DNA of 64,000 nt from Piedraia hortae CBS 480.64 (taxonomy: Eukaryota): positions 1 through 64,000 of the forward strand of contig MU006020.1 in NCBI GenBank assembly GCA_010093745.1, read 5' to 3'. The translations under genes and the position numbers were made by a program. Below, in pieces: positions 47,501-59,175 of this stretch. The notes beneath the pieces were generated by a model. The model was given only the letters and a program-made list of their open reading frames with translations, did not search any database and was not told the origin of the DNA. Numbering within the stretch: the stretch's first letter is position 1; each line of letters opens with the position of its first letter.

Positions 47501-49648
47501 CAATTCATCGTAACAGAACAGCCTCAAGTCGTCTTCGATGGTACCCAGTTGCCAGTCCTCAAGCCTCTCATGCTGGAGGTCCTTGTGCCCCAACTTACTT
47601 AGCTTATCCCCGATCTTGTTGTCAGACCGGCTCGTCACAAAAACTCTTAGGTTCATGGAGCTTTGTGCACGAAGTCTCGGCCAAAGAGTCATGGCATGGC
47701 CTATCGCTCCCCAGTCCTCGCACTCGTCGAGAGCATCGATGACGATGGCCCTGATATCTGTCGCGGAACCTGTGCTGTACCCTAACAGCGATCCTTGGAT
47801 AAGCGTTTCGAACTGAGTTGTTGGCGCCCTTTCAATCACCGGAGGGGAACCTTTGGAGGCAGCAGCAATCTTGTGGCTGATGCTGGGTACAAAGTCTGCC
47901 ATTTGACGGGCAATGGTGGGAAACAAACTGCGAGCGCGGCCCAACTCACCATGGCCGCGCTTGAAGAAGAAGCTTCCCACCAGGTACCCTTGCCTCGCAA
48001 GTTCATCGGCAACTGTTCGCGCAATTGTCGATTTGCCTGTTCCTGCCTTTCCAGATAGCCAGAAGATCCTTTAGTCATCGTCGGTGGTGGCCCAGTCCAA
48101 GATGTCCTTTATGATCTGCTCCCGGGTATCTTTTAGACATAGCTGCAACTCGCCATTTTCGTCGGCATTACGATTGTCCATCGAATCGTAAGCTGCCCCA
48201 GCAGCCGCCTGCAGAGCACTAAGATCCAGCGCTTGTTGAACGCCTTGGACTCTTTGATAGATCTCTTGTTGGGCCTTCTCCAGCGAGTTCAGCTTTTGTT
48301 TGACTAATGCCCGCTGCTCCTCTGAGACCTCGCGATCGACAGCTCTTGCATGGTATTCAACCGTCCTCAGCATCCCGTCGTGATCACTCTTGAACACTTT
48401 TATAACACCATGAGTCAGAGATTGCACAGCTTGTTTCACCGGCATTCCGTAGCATATGTCTTGGGATTGCGCCACGAATTCCAAAATGCGACCGTAAAGT
48501 TTGACGATACTGTGATACAGACCATTGCAAAGTTCGAAAATACTGTTATCTTTAATTGTGGGCGTTCCACCGACCTGACTGTAGGTGGAAAAGTACGCGG
48601 AAAGGAGAGTGTTGGTATCTAGCACCGTTTCGATTCCTTCCAAAATTGATTCGTCCTGCCCGTGAGCCATCTGAGCCACCTAAAGAAATGGTGTCAACCG
48701 GGATCGCAGATGGTGAAGTCGACTTCTTACCATTAAGACAGACCGGATACCAGCCCACGGCAAGCTAAGCACCTCCGCTTGGGCATTAGTCGCCACATCA
48801 AACACCGACGCAAAATTCATGATTTGAGAAGAAATCTTTTGTATCTTAGCCATCCATTGGTGGGTACGTTTTCTTTGATTCACGCCTCTCAAGGCTTGGA
48901 CTTTGGCGGCGTCAATGTCAAGATCACTATTCAAATCGACGTGCTTCTTAACAAACTCACGCTTGTCCGATGAAATACTAGCAAGAGCATCTTCTCTTAA
49001 CTGCCGCTCGCCTTGAAAAGGATTTTTTCGAGCTGCCTTCTCAAAAGAAGCCTGTACAAGCGTACTGTTTGGCTGTGATGGCTGCAAGGGCTGTGAAGCG
49101 GAAACCGAGGTCTGGACAGGTGCATTGAGGGACTGCGGGGACTGCAAGGGCGGTAGAGCAGAGACCGGAGCCTCTACTGAGGCATTTCGTGGATGCGGAG
49201 ACTGCAAGTGCCGTGGGCTAGATGCCAACACTTCCGCAGGCATATTGTTTGGCTGCGATGGCTGTGGAGCGGGAGGGGACGCATCTACAGGCACATTGTT
49301 TGACTGCGAAGGCTGCGGAATAGAAGCTGAAGCCTCTGCAAGTGCATTGTTTGGCTGTGAGGTCTGTGAGGTCTGTGAGGTCTGTGAGGTCTGTGAGGTC
49401 TGTGAGGTCTGTGAGGTGGAAGTTGAAGCTTCCACTGGCGCACTTTCTGACTGCGAAGGCTGTGAGGGCTGTGGATCGGGACGTGATACCTCTACCGGCG
49501 TATTGCTTGGCCGCAAAGTTTGGAGATGCTGTGAGGAGGGAGCTGGAGCCTTTGGCGTGGCATGTTTTGATTTTTTTGATTTGTGAGGTCGTAATTTCGA
49601 GACCAGTGGTTCACAAATCGCTTTGAGAGACTCCCAGCATCCGGGCAT
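44515..49648 (-). pseudogene. NLR-B: paralog of NLR-A (NACHT-WD40) with a single in-frame TAA at 48073-48071; exons 49648-48731, 48679-46649, 46599-44515
   Basis: Same domains and intron positions as NLR-A; DWATTDDD*RIFWLSGKAGTGKS versus DWATTVGGQRVYWLSGKAGTGKS; rest of frame open. Confidence 0.88.
49355..49417 (-). repeat. Perfect 9-bp coding repeat x7, (TSQ)7
   Basis: (ctgtgaggt)7 on plus strand. Confidence 0.95.
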
Positions 49649-50499
49649 GCTGGGCACGTTTAAATGGCAATGAGAGAGGGCAGTTTGAGATGGTTTGGCA
49701 TGAAGAAAGCTGTTGCAAGCCTTTGCCGTGTTTAAGGCTGAGCTTCGATGATGTGGGATAAGAGTGGGGTGCATGCATGAGCCTACTGTTTAGCATGTAC
49801 GAGCGGATTTCGCTAATGATGCATATGCATGTGCCGTAGGCATGCGCAGGCAAGCAGACAGGGTTGCCCCGGCTAGATTACCTGGGAAGAAATTGGAGAT
49901 ATCCTGTAGAATGACTTTCTCGTGTAACATTGGCCACAACATACAATCGCAACACCTTGTTTCTTTTAGGTGAGGACCAGACTTTCACACTCCATTGATC
50001 TGATACCGTTTAAAAGTCAAAAGGGGAGCCGTGATAAGTGCATTGTAGATACACAGTCGGAGATAGTTCCAAAGGGTTCAGGTGACAAGCAACCTCGCCC
50101 CTCGAAAGTCTTGGTAGCAAGGTAATAAGAACAACATCGTCTTTCGCACCACCCCCATTTCTATTCTCACTACTGAAATCGGATACATCACGTGTGGGGC
50201 TGGTACCCCTGACACAGCGTCGGACGCACTTGCTGTGAGGCTGGTCCCCGCATATCGTGTTTTCATGCAATTTTCCCTCTGTTATGCACGTTACGCATTA
50301 TCCCTTCCAGGACTGGTCTCTAGCTGATTCAGAGGACGAATGGGGGGGAAGGATCAGGCTGCCCGTGGTCCAGATGTCGTCAATGATGTGGATGCAGGCT
50401 CCTTGGTCGATAACTTTGAGGATATGGTCACACGTCAGCTGGGCGCTATGGAAAGCGAACGAGTCGAAGGCGGTGATGGCATATACGTGGATGGCATGG

Positions 50500-51200
50500 C
50501 GGGAGATGATGCGTATGAAGTTCCTAATGCTGCCGGTCCATGGACGCGCATTGTAAGCTGGAGTTCTGGGATATCCAGATCTATGGATGGGTGTGCGTCG
50601 TTATGTGGACCTATGTCGGAAAGCGTAGCGTCCGTATTCAAGCAGTATGTGTCGACCTTCGCCGATAGTCTCCACGCCATGGTGGCACCGGCTCGATTGA
50701 AGAGCGAAGGCCACCCTGACCGCCGACGGTCACTACGATCTGAGCCTGAAGATCTACGACAAGACCCTTGAGGAGATCGCCTTCACCGACTGCTTTCGGT
50801 ATGGCACGAGTAAGGCGAGCCAGCGAATCGAATCCTAGTGTGACGGCCGGCCACACCAGCCTTGATCTACTGGGAGCTAGATTTCGAAAACCTTGCCGCC
50901 AATAATGATTACAGCAACAATCCCTACGTGGACATGATCGCCTTCCTCGCCATCTACGTCCCGATAATGAGAGTCATGTTGGCGAATTTCGTCTTTCAAT
51001 GGAACAACCATAGAATTCGGAAGCAAAAGAAACGACTGCACTCTCTCATGCCTTCTATAATACTGGACTAGGCAGTATGGCGGGTCTGAGTATGGAAGCG
51101 TAATCGACCAAGTGATTCGGTGTCCATTCTCGACTGATCTGGAGGCATTTAATATCGAAGAATACCTTTCCTCCGACATCGTCCTGGAGCTTCTGTCGCT
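50500..51200 (+). mobile_element. Degenerate integrase-core (DDE) element
   Basis: SMDAHCKLEFWDIQIYG (~50537), CFRYGTSKASQRIES* (~50790, GxSxxNQRIE-type), FVFQWNNHRIRKQ (~51000), in order across frameshifts. Confidence 0.75.
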
Positions 51201-52298
51201 CTGCCTGCTCACCCTGCCCTAAGAGAGGATCTGGCAGAAGTACCACATCCGCAGACTTGCAATCCATAGCAAGGCAAAACTCTTTAATAATCAAGCAACA
51301 AGCCTCAATCTTGGAAAAACTGCAGTAGGTGTTGGCCGCCGCTGGAGACAAACTTGATCGTCTTCTTCTTTGTTGACGCTCTCGTGTGTTTATGAACAAA
51401 ACAATACAAAATTCAAGCGCGGGAATTGTTCGCCCAGATATCCAAGGAGTTCGACGTTAGATCCGTCGGGCAATTTTCTTGGTTTTTGAAAGTCCAACTT
51501 ATCCGAGACCGATCACGGAGGGAGCTTTCACGGAAGTTTATCGAACGGATTCGCTCTAGATTTACTCAGCTCAAGGGATGGTAATATTGAAAAATAAGGG
51601 GGTTTCAAAGCTGGCCTGGGGTGGGTTGGGATTTTACTCGCGGCATTGTGGCTGTGTGAGCGCTAATTGATCCGCAAGGGATCCATATAGCATTGTGATC
51701 ATTCGAAATCTGCTCTGAGGGACATATGCAGACCTTTGAGACCTTGGAGGTATCGTGGATGGCAGATATATCATCAAGCAGGATGCGTATAGTGGGTTAA
51801 CTTTAATGAGAGCCGTCTGTTGCATGCATTGTGATCTTTCTCAAAGATGTAAATAGAAGGCTACGAATGATTTCTGGGATAGGATGGAGATTTTAGGTGT
51901 AGTGGCCTTCAATACCCAAACTCAAGGTGGAAGAGGGCACAGGTTGTCCAAAAGGCACGAGAGTGTGTCGTAAGCCGGCGTGAGAGACGTGCCATAGCGA
52001 GAATTTCCGAGACCAAGGGCCCGTAGCCATGGTGAAAGGTACTTTACCTTCTTGCATCACAAACTTCAACCCTCGAAGCCTGATTACTCAGTGCAGCTAC
52101 TTCACAGATCGCTAATCTGGACAAAGGCTGGGACATTTACTCATACCTCTTACTAACCAACTATTATCACCACTTCCCCTTCTGCCCAACCTCCTCAAAT
52201 AAAGCCCTCACCTCCATCCCAATCCTCAATCCAACAGCATCAAAAAAACAACCCATAAATATCACCAATCAACCCAGCTTCACAAAATCACCCAAGAA

Positions 52299-52632
52299 AT
52301 GCACCCCCAGATCCTCATTGCCCTATCGTGCCTCTCCCTCGCAAACCACTTACCCACTCTTACAGCCGTATGTCCCCCCTAAAGAATTCTCCCTCACAAA
52401 GAATAACCCCTCCCCGAGAGAATACTCCCCACTAACAATCCAGGACCCCACGGAGTTATCAACCTTCCTAGCAGAAGCCAGCGCGCAGGTCAACGCCCTC
52501 AAGGAACTGAGCAGCTCGTTGCAGTCGTTTAGGAGTATGTTCAAGGAGGGGAGGGTGGAGGGGATGGTGGGGTTGGATGGGCAGGCTACGTTGCCGACAG
52601 GGGTGGGGGCTGTAGTGAGGGAGGAGCTTTAA
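52299..52632 (+). CDS. Small signal-peptide protein, 85 aa, ending REEL; intron 52368-52443
   Basis: MHPQILIALSCLSLANHLPTLTA|DPTELSTF...VVREEL*; GTATGT..ACTAAC..CAG phase-0 intron removes the stop. Confidence 0.65.
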
Positions 52633-53598
52633 TTTCAAGTTGTGGGGGTGAAAGGGCAAATGCCGTTGACGGGGGTGCGTACACGAATAAGAGGAGGAGC
52701 TTCAAAGATCTTGTTTGTGTTTTGGGGACGGAAGGGGAGTGTGGGCAGGTGACTGCCTAGGTTTTCTTCTTGGGATGGAGTTGGAGGGAGGGTAAAGATG
52801 AGGTGAATGAGGAGGTTTCAAGTATTTTTATCATGAGGATGGAAAGCGAATTGGACCTATGTTTTCTTTCTGTCTTGGCTCGAGGCTGGGTGTTTACGGG
52901 AGTTTGGGTTGAATTTGGTTGTGCTCGTGTATTGATATGGGAGTTGCCATGGTACACGTTGGTGTCAATTGAAGTGCTATCTACAATCTGGACTGAGGTA
53001 GTCTGCCAATTTGTTATTGTTTCGACATGCCGCAAAGGCTGGAAACCTCTTCACTGGATGGACGTTACGTGCGATTATATGATCTTCTAATCAATTCGTG
53101 ATCTTCTATCTCCGATGCTGAATTTCCCGATTGCTGGGCTGCACAGCCAGTGGCTTCAGGTGACCCAGCCAGAGGAAGAGTCTGACTATGCCTTCAAAAG
53201 CGGCATTTGGGTAGACTGGGCCGGCCTAATGTAGCTTGATATCATTGCTACACAATTAGATTGGCATAACCCATATATTATGTGACGTTCCCGAATATAG
53301 AGCGTTGAAACCAGATAATATGTAAAGACCTAAGAGAATAGGATATTCAAGAACCGTTAAATAAATTTTCGTACCTGAATAGGGACCAGAGTATTCTTCA
53401 AAGGCTTATCTGTAGGGTTTGGTTGTGGAGTTGTGAGTTGTGAGGGTTTACGCATGACTAAGTTAATTGGAACCATTGTAGGAAATAGGAAGCGAGATCT
53501 TTTGAATCAACACTTAAGAGACGCGGGGGCGCGAGTTTACACTTATCGACGTCCAACACGATTGTTAAGATTATGGATTGAATGAGTAAATGGGTCCG

Positions 53599-53731
53599 CT
53601 AGTGAATATAGGAATGGAAAGTGACATGAAGGACAATGTTGTTGCTGTTACCTTTTTCATAAGACTCTAGAGGAGATGAGGTTACTGGTCACCCTAGCCA
53701 TATCGGAACTGGCTCCCGACTAACATCAACA
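53599..53731 (+). repeat. Repeat family C, short variant
   Basis: Near-identical to 37978-38111. Confidence 0.85.
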
Positions 53732-54480
53732 CTGCGCCAAGAGCTGCGCGAAGTCAGAGACCAAGTCTCGATCATGGTCGCAAATGCATTGCAAGGGGAG
53801 CACCTCTCCGCCTTCAACACGGTGAGTAGATATCTTACGCCTACCATTGGTACCTGCTGACAATGAGACAGACTGGCCGGCAAGTTATGCTCGAAAAGCT
53901 GCTTTGATCCTACGACCGTCAAGATTGGAGCAGTGGCCAAAGGACTGCGGTATTAAAAAGCATTTTATATTTGAGCCCCACACTGTTAGACATTTGTAGG
54001 CGGCCCTTGTTCGTTGGGGAGTCTTTCAAAGCTCGCCGACCGTGAAGTGTTGAAAGTTGTCGGAAGGGTCAGGTCGGATTACCTGACCAAAATGAAGACC
54101 CGCCTGGATAAGGTGCTCGAAACCCCATTGCTGGACGTTGTCAAGGCTCTCGCCGATGACAACGACCTTACTGCTGAGCAGAACACGGCTGAGCAGAGAA
54201 AGGCTGCATCTGTTTGGGTATTCCCAGCATTATGTGGCGACAAATATTATTTCCATCATATGAAATACTAACCAGCCCAGCGTTACAGAGCCAAGAAAGT
54301 CTCCCTCGATTCCAGAGATTTCTTTCACACATCAGAAACGATGTACAAGGCGCTGAGCCCATCACAAAGGTAAGTTGTGAACCACCCTTGGTCTCATCTG
54401 CATTGTTGCTAACTCATTTCCCAGGAACAAGATACTGAGCGATAACCTTGTTGAGTTTGGGTGGCTGAAAAAAAAAGATA
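53732..54480 (+). pseudogene. Pseudogene of unknown spliced family (copy 2)
   Basis: Introns GTGAGT..CTGAC..CAG (~53822-53870) and GTAAGT..CTAAC..CAG (~54370-54424); peptide blocks align with 35.4-35.7 kb. Confidence 0.55.
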
Positions 54481-55229
54481 AGGGTGGACAAGTCGCAGCT
54501 AGTGTGCGGGCATCACTGGTGACCACTATGTCCCAGGGTTTTTCAGCATACTTGGGCATTCAGTAATAGCTGTGTAAAATTCGATCATTTGTAAGTGCTT
54601 TTTATTCATCATGCTGCAACTTGTCTTTCCTGTCGCTGCGTGATACCAAGAAATCCCTGACATATTGCTGCGAAATTATTCTCGTCATGCAGCATCTCGT
54701 CTCAAGTATTGCTGCGTGACTTTGCAAGGCGTGTAGCGTCTGGCTACGTCGTGTACCGCATCTTCCTGCGTCACATTCTACATCATGGCACGTGTACACA
54801 ATCTCGCTACATGACGTGAAAAGAATGAGAAAATGATGTGACATGACGCAAGAGGGTTGGCAGTATAGCCGCATTTACCGAGACCACTTCATCGAGCATG
54901 CACAGAGCATGAACGGCACTGTGCTTCGTCCCAGGGAAAACTTCCTTCTATGGAGGTAAAAATCCCGAGAAGCATCGACCTCTATCTAAGCTGGCAGATG
55001 CGACCTGGCTGTGTACTATATGAGAGGGTTTACCTTAAAAGTCCGGTGCCCTATGTATTTCCTCCAGCACACCTCTGACAGAAAGAATGCGCACCACGCG
55101 AAATCACGCTGCTCACCAAACAACTCCGGGATTGACACTCAAATACGAACTTCTTGCTCGATTACGGGCGCGTACGCGACAATTGGCACGTCGTCGTTAA
55201 GCACTGTGCCGGCGGAGACTTGGAAGGAT

Positions 55230-55400
55230 TCGTTTCTCGCCAAGAATGCGTTGGATTTTTTACATAATGGTATCAAAAATATCGGCCGCCCCGAAGACGG
55301 AGTTCCCAATCACGGAACTTTGATCCCTGGGGACATTAAACCCGACAACATCTTGTTAATTTGAGATAACCCCTGTGATTTGCTCCGCGCATTTTCCTTG
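55230..55400 (+). pseudogene. Protein kinase catalytic-loop fragment
   Basis: ALDFLHNG...LIPGDIKPDNILL followed by a stop. Confidence 0.55.
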
Positions 55401-55823
55401 GAGATATCAGCCATACCCGACCTGAATCATGTATATCTGTCTGGAGTGGCACCATGGCCTACATTTTACCAGTGTTGGACTGCACAAAATCGCTCGTGAC
55501 AAAACCCCACCTGCTTCGGGCTTAAAACATGTACTGTTTTGGTGCAGTTTTCTATACCGCTGTAACCTCAGCGAACTTCGACAACACGGTTCCCAATCAC
55601 GAGGCTATTGTCATGGCAAACTTGGCCGAATACGAATCAATATTATCTCACTTTGAGACTACGGGGGTCCTATACCAAGCCGTAAGCCAGAAGAACGACC
55701 CGATGATCACCAGCTGGTCCGACTAGGGAATCACCTAGCGCAAAATGTCAGGATCCGACTGCAATCTTGGGCGATGACAGCGCAAAATGCCTATCACGTG
55801 CCATATGCGGGGAACACGATGAG

Positions 55824-56185
55824 TGTTGGATTCAAGCATCGCCGCTAGCGCGTATGCAGGGCACTTGCGTAGCAAGTCAGCGATACCTCCTACACTACCA
55901 GCTGCACCCTAGGTTTTTCCCTCACAGAAGTTTTCCCTCAGGGTCATGTCATATGTGACATGGTGAATATGCCCCGCTAGTGTACGACATGACGTCACCG
56001 GCCCACCGGCACAGAATATTTATTCTGACGTCCCCTTACAGAAAAACAATGGTCATTCACACTACCATGCTGCAACTGGTATTTGACTCACATATATCTA
56101 CATCTTTCCTGTCCCTGATTCTGTCTATCGCTCCGTCCTCTTCGGGTCGCTGCGCACTCTCACCCACGAGAGCCAAATCTCTACA
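55824..56185 (+). mobile_element. Solo LTR (family A, probably Copia-type), 362 bp
   Basis: TGTTGG...CTACA bounded by exact 5-bp TSD ATGAG (55819-55823 and 56186-56190). Confidence 0.9.
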
Positions 56186-56704
56186 ATGAGAGTGTGTTAA
56201 GCAGGAAGTCTAAGAGATATGGGTGCTTTGAGTAATTGATTGTATGTAAATGTTTTGACATTCTATCTTGATAGTCTTTCACTAGCGAATATTGTAGAAT
56301 TGTTATCCTCTACGAAGTCTAAACTTGCCGTGTATACATTATTTTCAAGGTACGGTATAAGCTACTCTATGGCTTCCTCGCATCATCTTTCCCAAGCTTT
56401 AGCCTTATCTCCTTTCCATCGCGAGCCCCTTCCCATCGTTGAACAAAGAACGGCGTCATCCAATTTTCTAATACCGAACGTCTGCACCTTTCAATCTTCC
56501 CTCTTGATATCAACCGTCTCGGCTGCAATCGCTGATTTAACTGCCTCCAAGGCAGGCTTTTTAACCTCCGCCATGGCAGAGCTCAAACTATTAAATACTG
56601 TCAGCTTTCATCTGCAACAAGGACATAATCTACAGTGCCATTCGGTTCAGCTAATTTACAACTTCTCGTTTAGTCATCAACCATGGACGGGTCTACAAAT
56701 CTAA

Positions 56705-58954
56705 TCATAACAGTCCTCGGATTTCCTGCACAAGCTCCTGGACCTGATGCTCCTTTCCCTCTGGCCCCATAAGCGCAAAGTGTAGAGTCCCTCCAACGGC
56801 CGCCTTGACACTCTGCGGGACGCGTGGAACCAGATTACCTAGAGCAGACAAAGCCCTATACAGGGCTTGAGCGTTTCGGGAATTTGGACTCTCGCACTCT
56901 AGCTGCGTGGCGATGTCAACAACAAGGTCCTTGGGGTCGATGTGAATACGGTCCGCTGATATGAGAATTGAGAGGTTCAGGTAGAGTGCCGCGAGGGCCT
57001 TGTATTGCGGGACCGATTCTGGCTTCGAGGCGAATGGACGGATGGCCTCTAGAATGCTGATATATTCTTCCGTAATCTTGCTTCGTCCCGAAGTGGTGAA
57101 AAATAGGTTGACCAAAAGTCGTAGCGAGTGGACGACGTTGTTGGCCGTTTCCTGACCCGGGCTGAGAAGACCGGAGGAGATCATCTTGCGGATGACACCC
57201 TCACCGGCATCGAAGACAAAGTTCTCAGCTACTGCCAGACGGGCGAAGAGGGCAATAGCCGGAACGCGCTCTTTGGAGGGCCACTCGGTGGCGGCCTTGA
57301 GCAGGGCAGCAAGCTGCTCTTTGGTAGGGCTAGGGTCGGATATGTTTTTTGCAAGAGGTTGCAGAGCCTCGACGTCAGTCTCACTGACGCCATGTTGCAT
57401 CTTAGCCGAGGAGGCGAGTTTGTCAATGGCGGCCTGAGGATTCCCCTCTGAGATAACAACGTATTCCCTCGCAGGCAGCCGCTTTGTCAACGCATCGCCT
57501 GGCTTGTAGCGACGTTCGGTGCCATATGGATCTGGTCGCGGCTGAGAAGGCCCGAGGCGGGTACCTGCCGTGTTCTGTTGGATGAAGGCGGCAACCTGCT
57601 CGTAATAAGTCATTGGCAGGTTATTGTCTTCTAGAAATCTCCTCGATGCCACCCAGGGATCCTCGTTGGCGTTGAAGGGGAGCTTCAGCGGAGGGGCACC
57701 TTCCTGGATATCAACGTCAAACACGTAATCATATTCTTTGCCGTTGTGCAATTTCTTCTGAGATCCACTGCCTTCACCAGACACAACGGTGCCGATGAGA
57801 TTCCATTGACTCGAGGATGCAGACCAGATGTGGGCGGTGACGGTGCCATCATCCTGGCGCACCAAGAGTTGCTCGCCATCGCGCTGGCCAGACTTTGTTG
57901 TCAGAGCCGCTGGGCCCGGGAGATCCTCGACGTTGAACGGTAGACCCTGGCTGGCAGTTTCTGCGGGAATCGCAAACGACTTGTTGCTTTCTTCAAACGT
58001 CGCGAGCGTCTTGGCGTCTGCCTGGCGCTTTGGATCACGAGAAAAGACGCGGACCATGTTGTCGCTGGCCCCCGTGACAATATCGCCCGTCTCTGGGCAT
58101 GCAGCCACAGCCCAAATGCTGATGGCTGGGTGGGTGATGGTTTGAATGCACTCTCCACCCCGCCAGACGCGCACCGTGCGGTCCTCGGACGAGCTGACGA
58201 TGTCGCCATTGGGCAGGACGGCAAGGCTATATATGTAGCCAGTGTGACCCTCGAGTAGCCCGACCTGTTTACCCTTCATTGTCCACAACCGCACAACCTC
58301 ATCGTTGCCGGCCGACGCAAAACTGGCGCCCGACCAATGGCTCTCCGGCAGCTTGCAGAAGCAGCGGACGACGTCGGTGTGGCCCTTGATTGTACGCAAC
58401 AGCGTGCCGGAAATGTCGAAGACTCGGATCATCTTGTCCGCACATGCTGTCAACACCAACCTCTCGTCGTAAACCAGCAGGCCCCAAACGTTGGCTTCGT
58501 GGCCGGGCAATTGATGCTCGATGGCGAAGTTCTGCATGTCCCACACAGCGACCTGGCAGTCCCAGCCGCCGCTGACTATGCGATTGCCGTCTGCACTGAA
58601 GGCCAGACAGGTGATATTGTGGCTATGGCCGATGAGGAGGTGAGACTGGTTGTCGTCTGCATCGTTTGCGGGCTTAACGTAAACGACCGCCTCTCGGCCT
58701 GCCGTGGCCACCGCTCCGTGCGGAAAAGCCTCCGAGGGTGGTGTATAGGCAATTGCGTTGTTCCAGTGAGTGCCTTGGATGAAGATTAAACTGTCAAAGT
58801 CTGGCTGAGTGCTGCCGGCCAGCTCCCAGCGGCGAACAGTGGTGTCCCTCGACGCCGAGAAGACAGTGGCGGCCGTCGGAAACACAACCGCACGCACATC
58901 GTCTTCATGGCCCACAAGCACGGCCGATAATTTGAAGTCGGCCATAGTGCTCAT
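56705..58954 (-). CDS. DOA1: Ubiquitin homeostasis protein Doa1/Ufd3/PLAA (WD40-PFU-PUL)
   Basis: FKLSAVLVGHEDDVRAV, WD40s, PFU GKEYDYVFDVDIQEGAPPLKLPFN, C-terminal PUL domain. Confidence 0.95.
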   Translation of the reverse strand: MSTMADFKLSAVLVGHEDDVRAVVFPTAATVFSASRDTTVRRWELAGSTQPDFDSLIFIQGTHWNNAIAYTPPSEAFPHGAVATAGREAVVYVKPANDADDNQSHLLIGHSHNITCLAFSADGNRIVSGGWDCQVAVWDMQNFAIEHQLPGHEANVWGLLVYDERLVLTACADKMIRVFDISGTLLRTIKGHTDVVRCFCKLPESHWSGASFASAGNDEVVRLWTMKGKQVGLLEGHTGYIYSLAVLPNGDIVSSSEDRTVRVWRGGECIQTITHPAISIWAVAACPETGDIVTGASDNMVRVFSRDPKRQADAKTLATFEESNKSFAIPAETASQGLPFNVEDLPGPAALTTKSGQRDGEQLLVRQDDGTVTAHIWSASSSQWNLIGTVVSGEGSGSQKKLHNGKEYDYVFDVDIQEGAPPLKLPFNANEDPWVASRRFLEDNNLPMTYYEQVAAFIQQNTAGTRLGPSQPRPDPYGTERRYKPGDALTKRLPAREYVVISEGNPQAAIDKLASSAKMQHGVSETDVEALQPLAKNISDPSPTKEQLAALLKAATEWPSKERVPAIALFARLAVAENFVFDAGEGVIRKMISSGLLSPGQETANNVVHSLRLLVNLFFTTSGRSKITEEYISILEAIRPFASKPESVPQYKALAALYLNLSILISADRIHIDPKDLVVDIATQLECESPNSRNAQALYRALSALGNLVPRVPQSVKAAVGGTLHFALMGPEGKEHQVQELVQEIRGLL

Positions 58955-59175
58955 GCGAGATTGTGTGACCGTGGTCTCTTTTTTTTTTTCGACCGCCGCG
59001 CGTGGTTGGCGTTATGATTGGAGTGGGGGCGGGGTGTTGCCACATTGTCACAACCACAACGCCACGACGTTACGATCACGTCACAACGTCAAAGTCACAA
59101 CGTCAAGGCAACGTCACATCACAACGGCCAAGCTCAACCCGGCTGAAAATAGCGTATTCCATTGTCATGTAGACA

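Noticed and set aside
53599..53604. Helitron 3' end at the CTAGT of repeat family C
   Set aside because: Homology continues downstream of CTAG and there is no conserved upstream hairpin
28900..56600. Starship or other giant element
   Set aside because: No tyrosine-recombinase captain or defined termini seen
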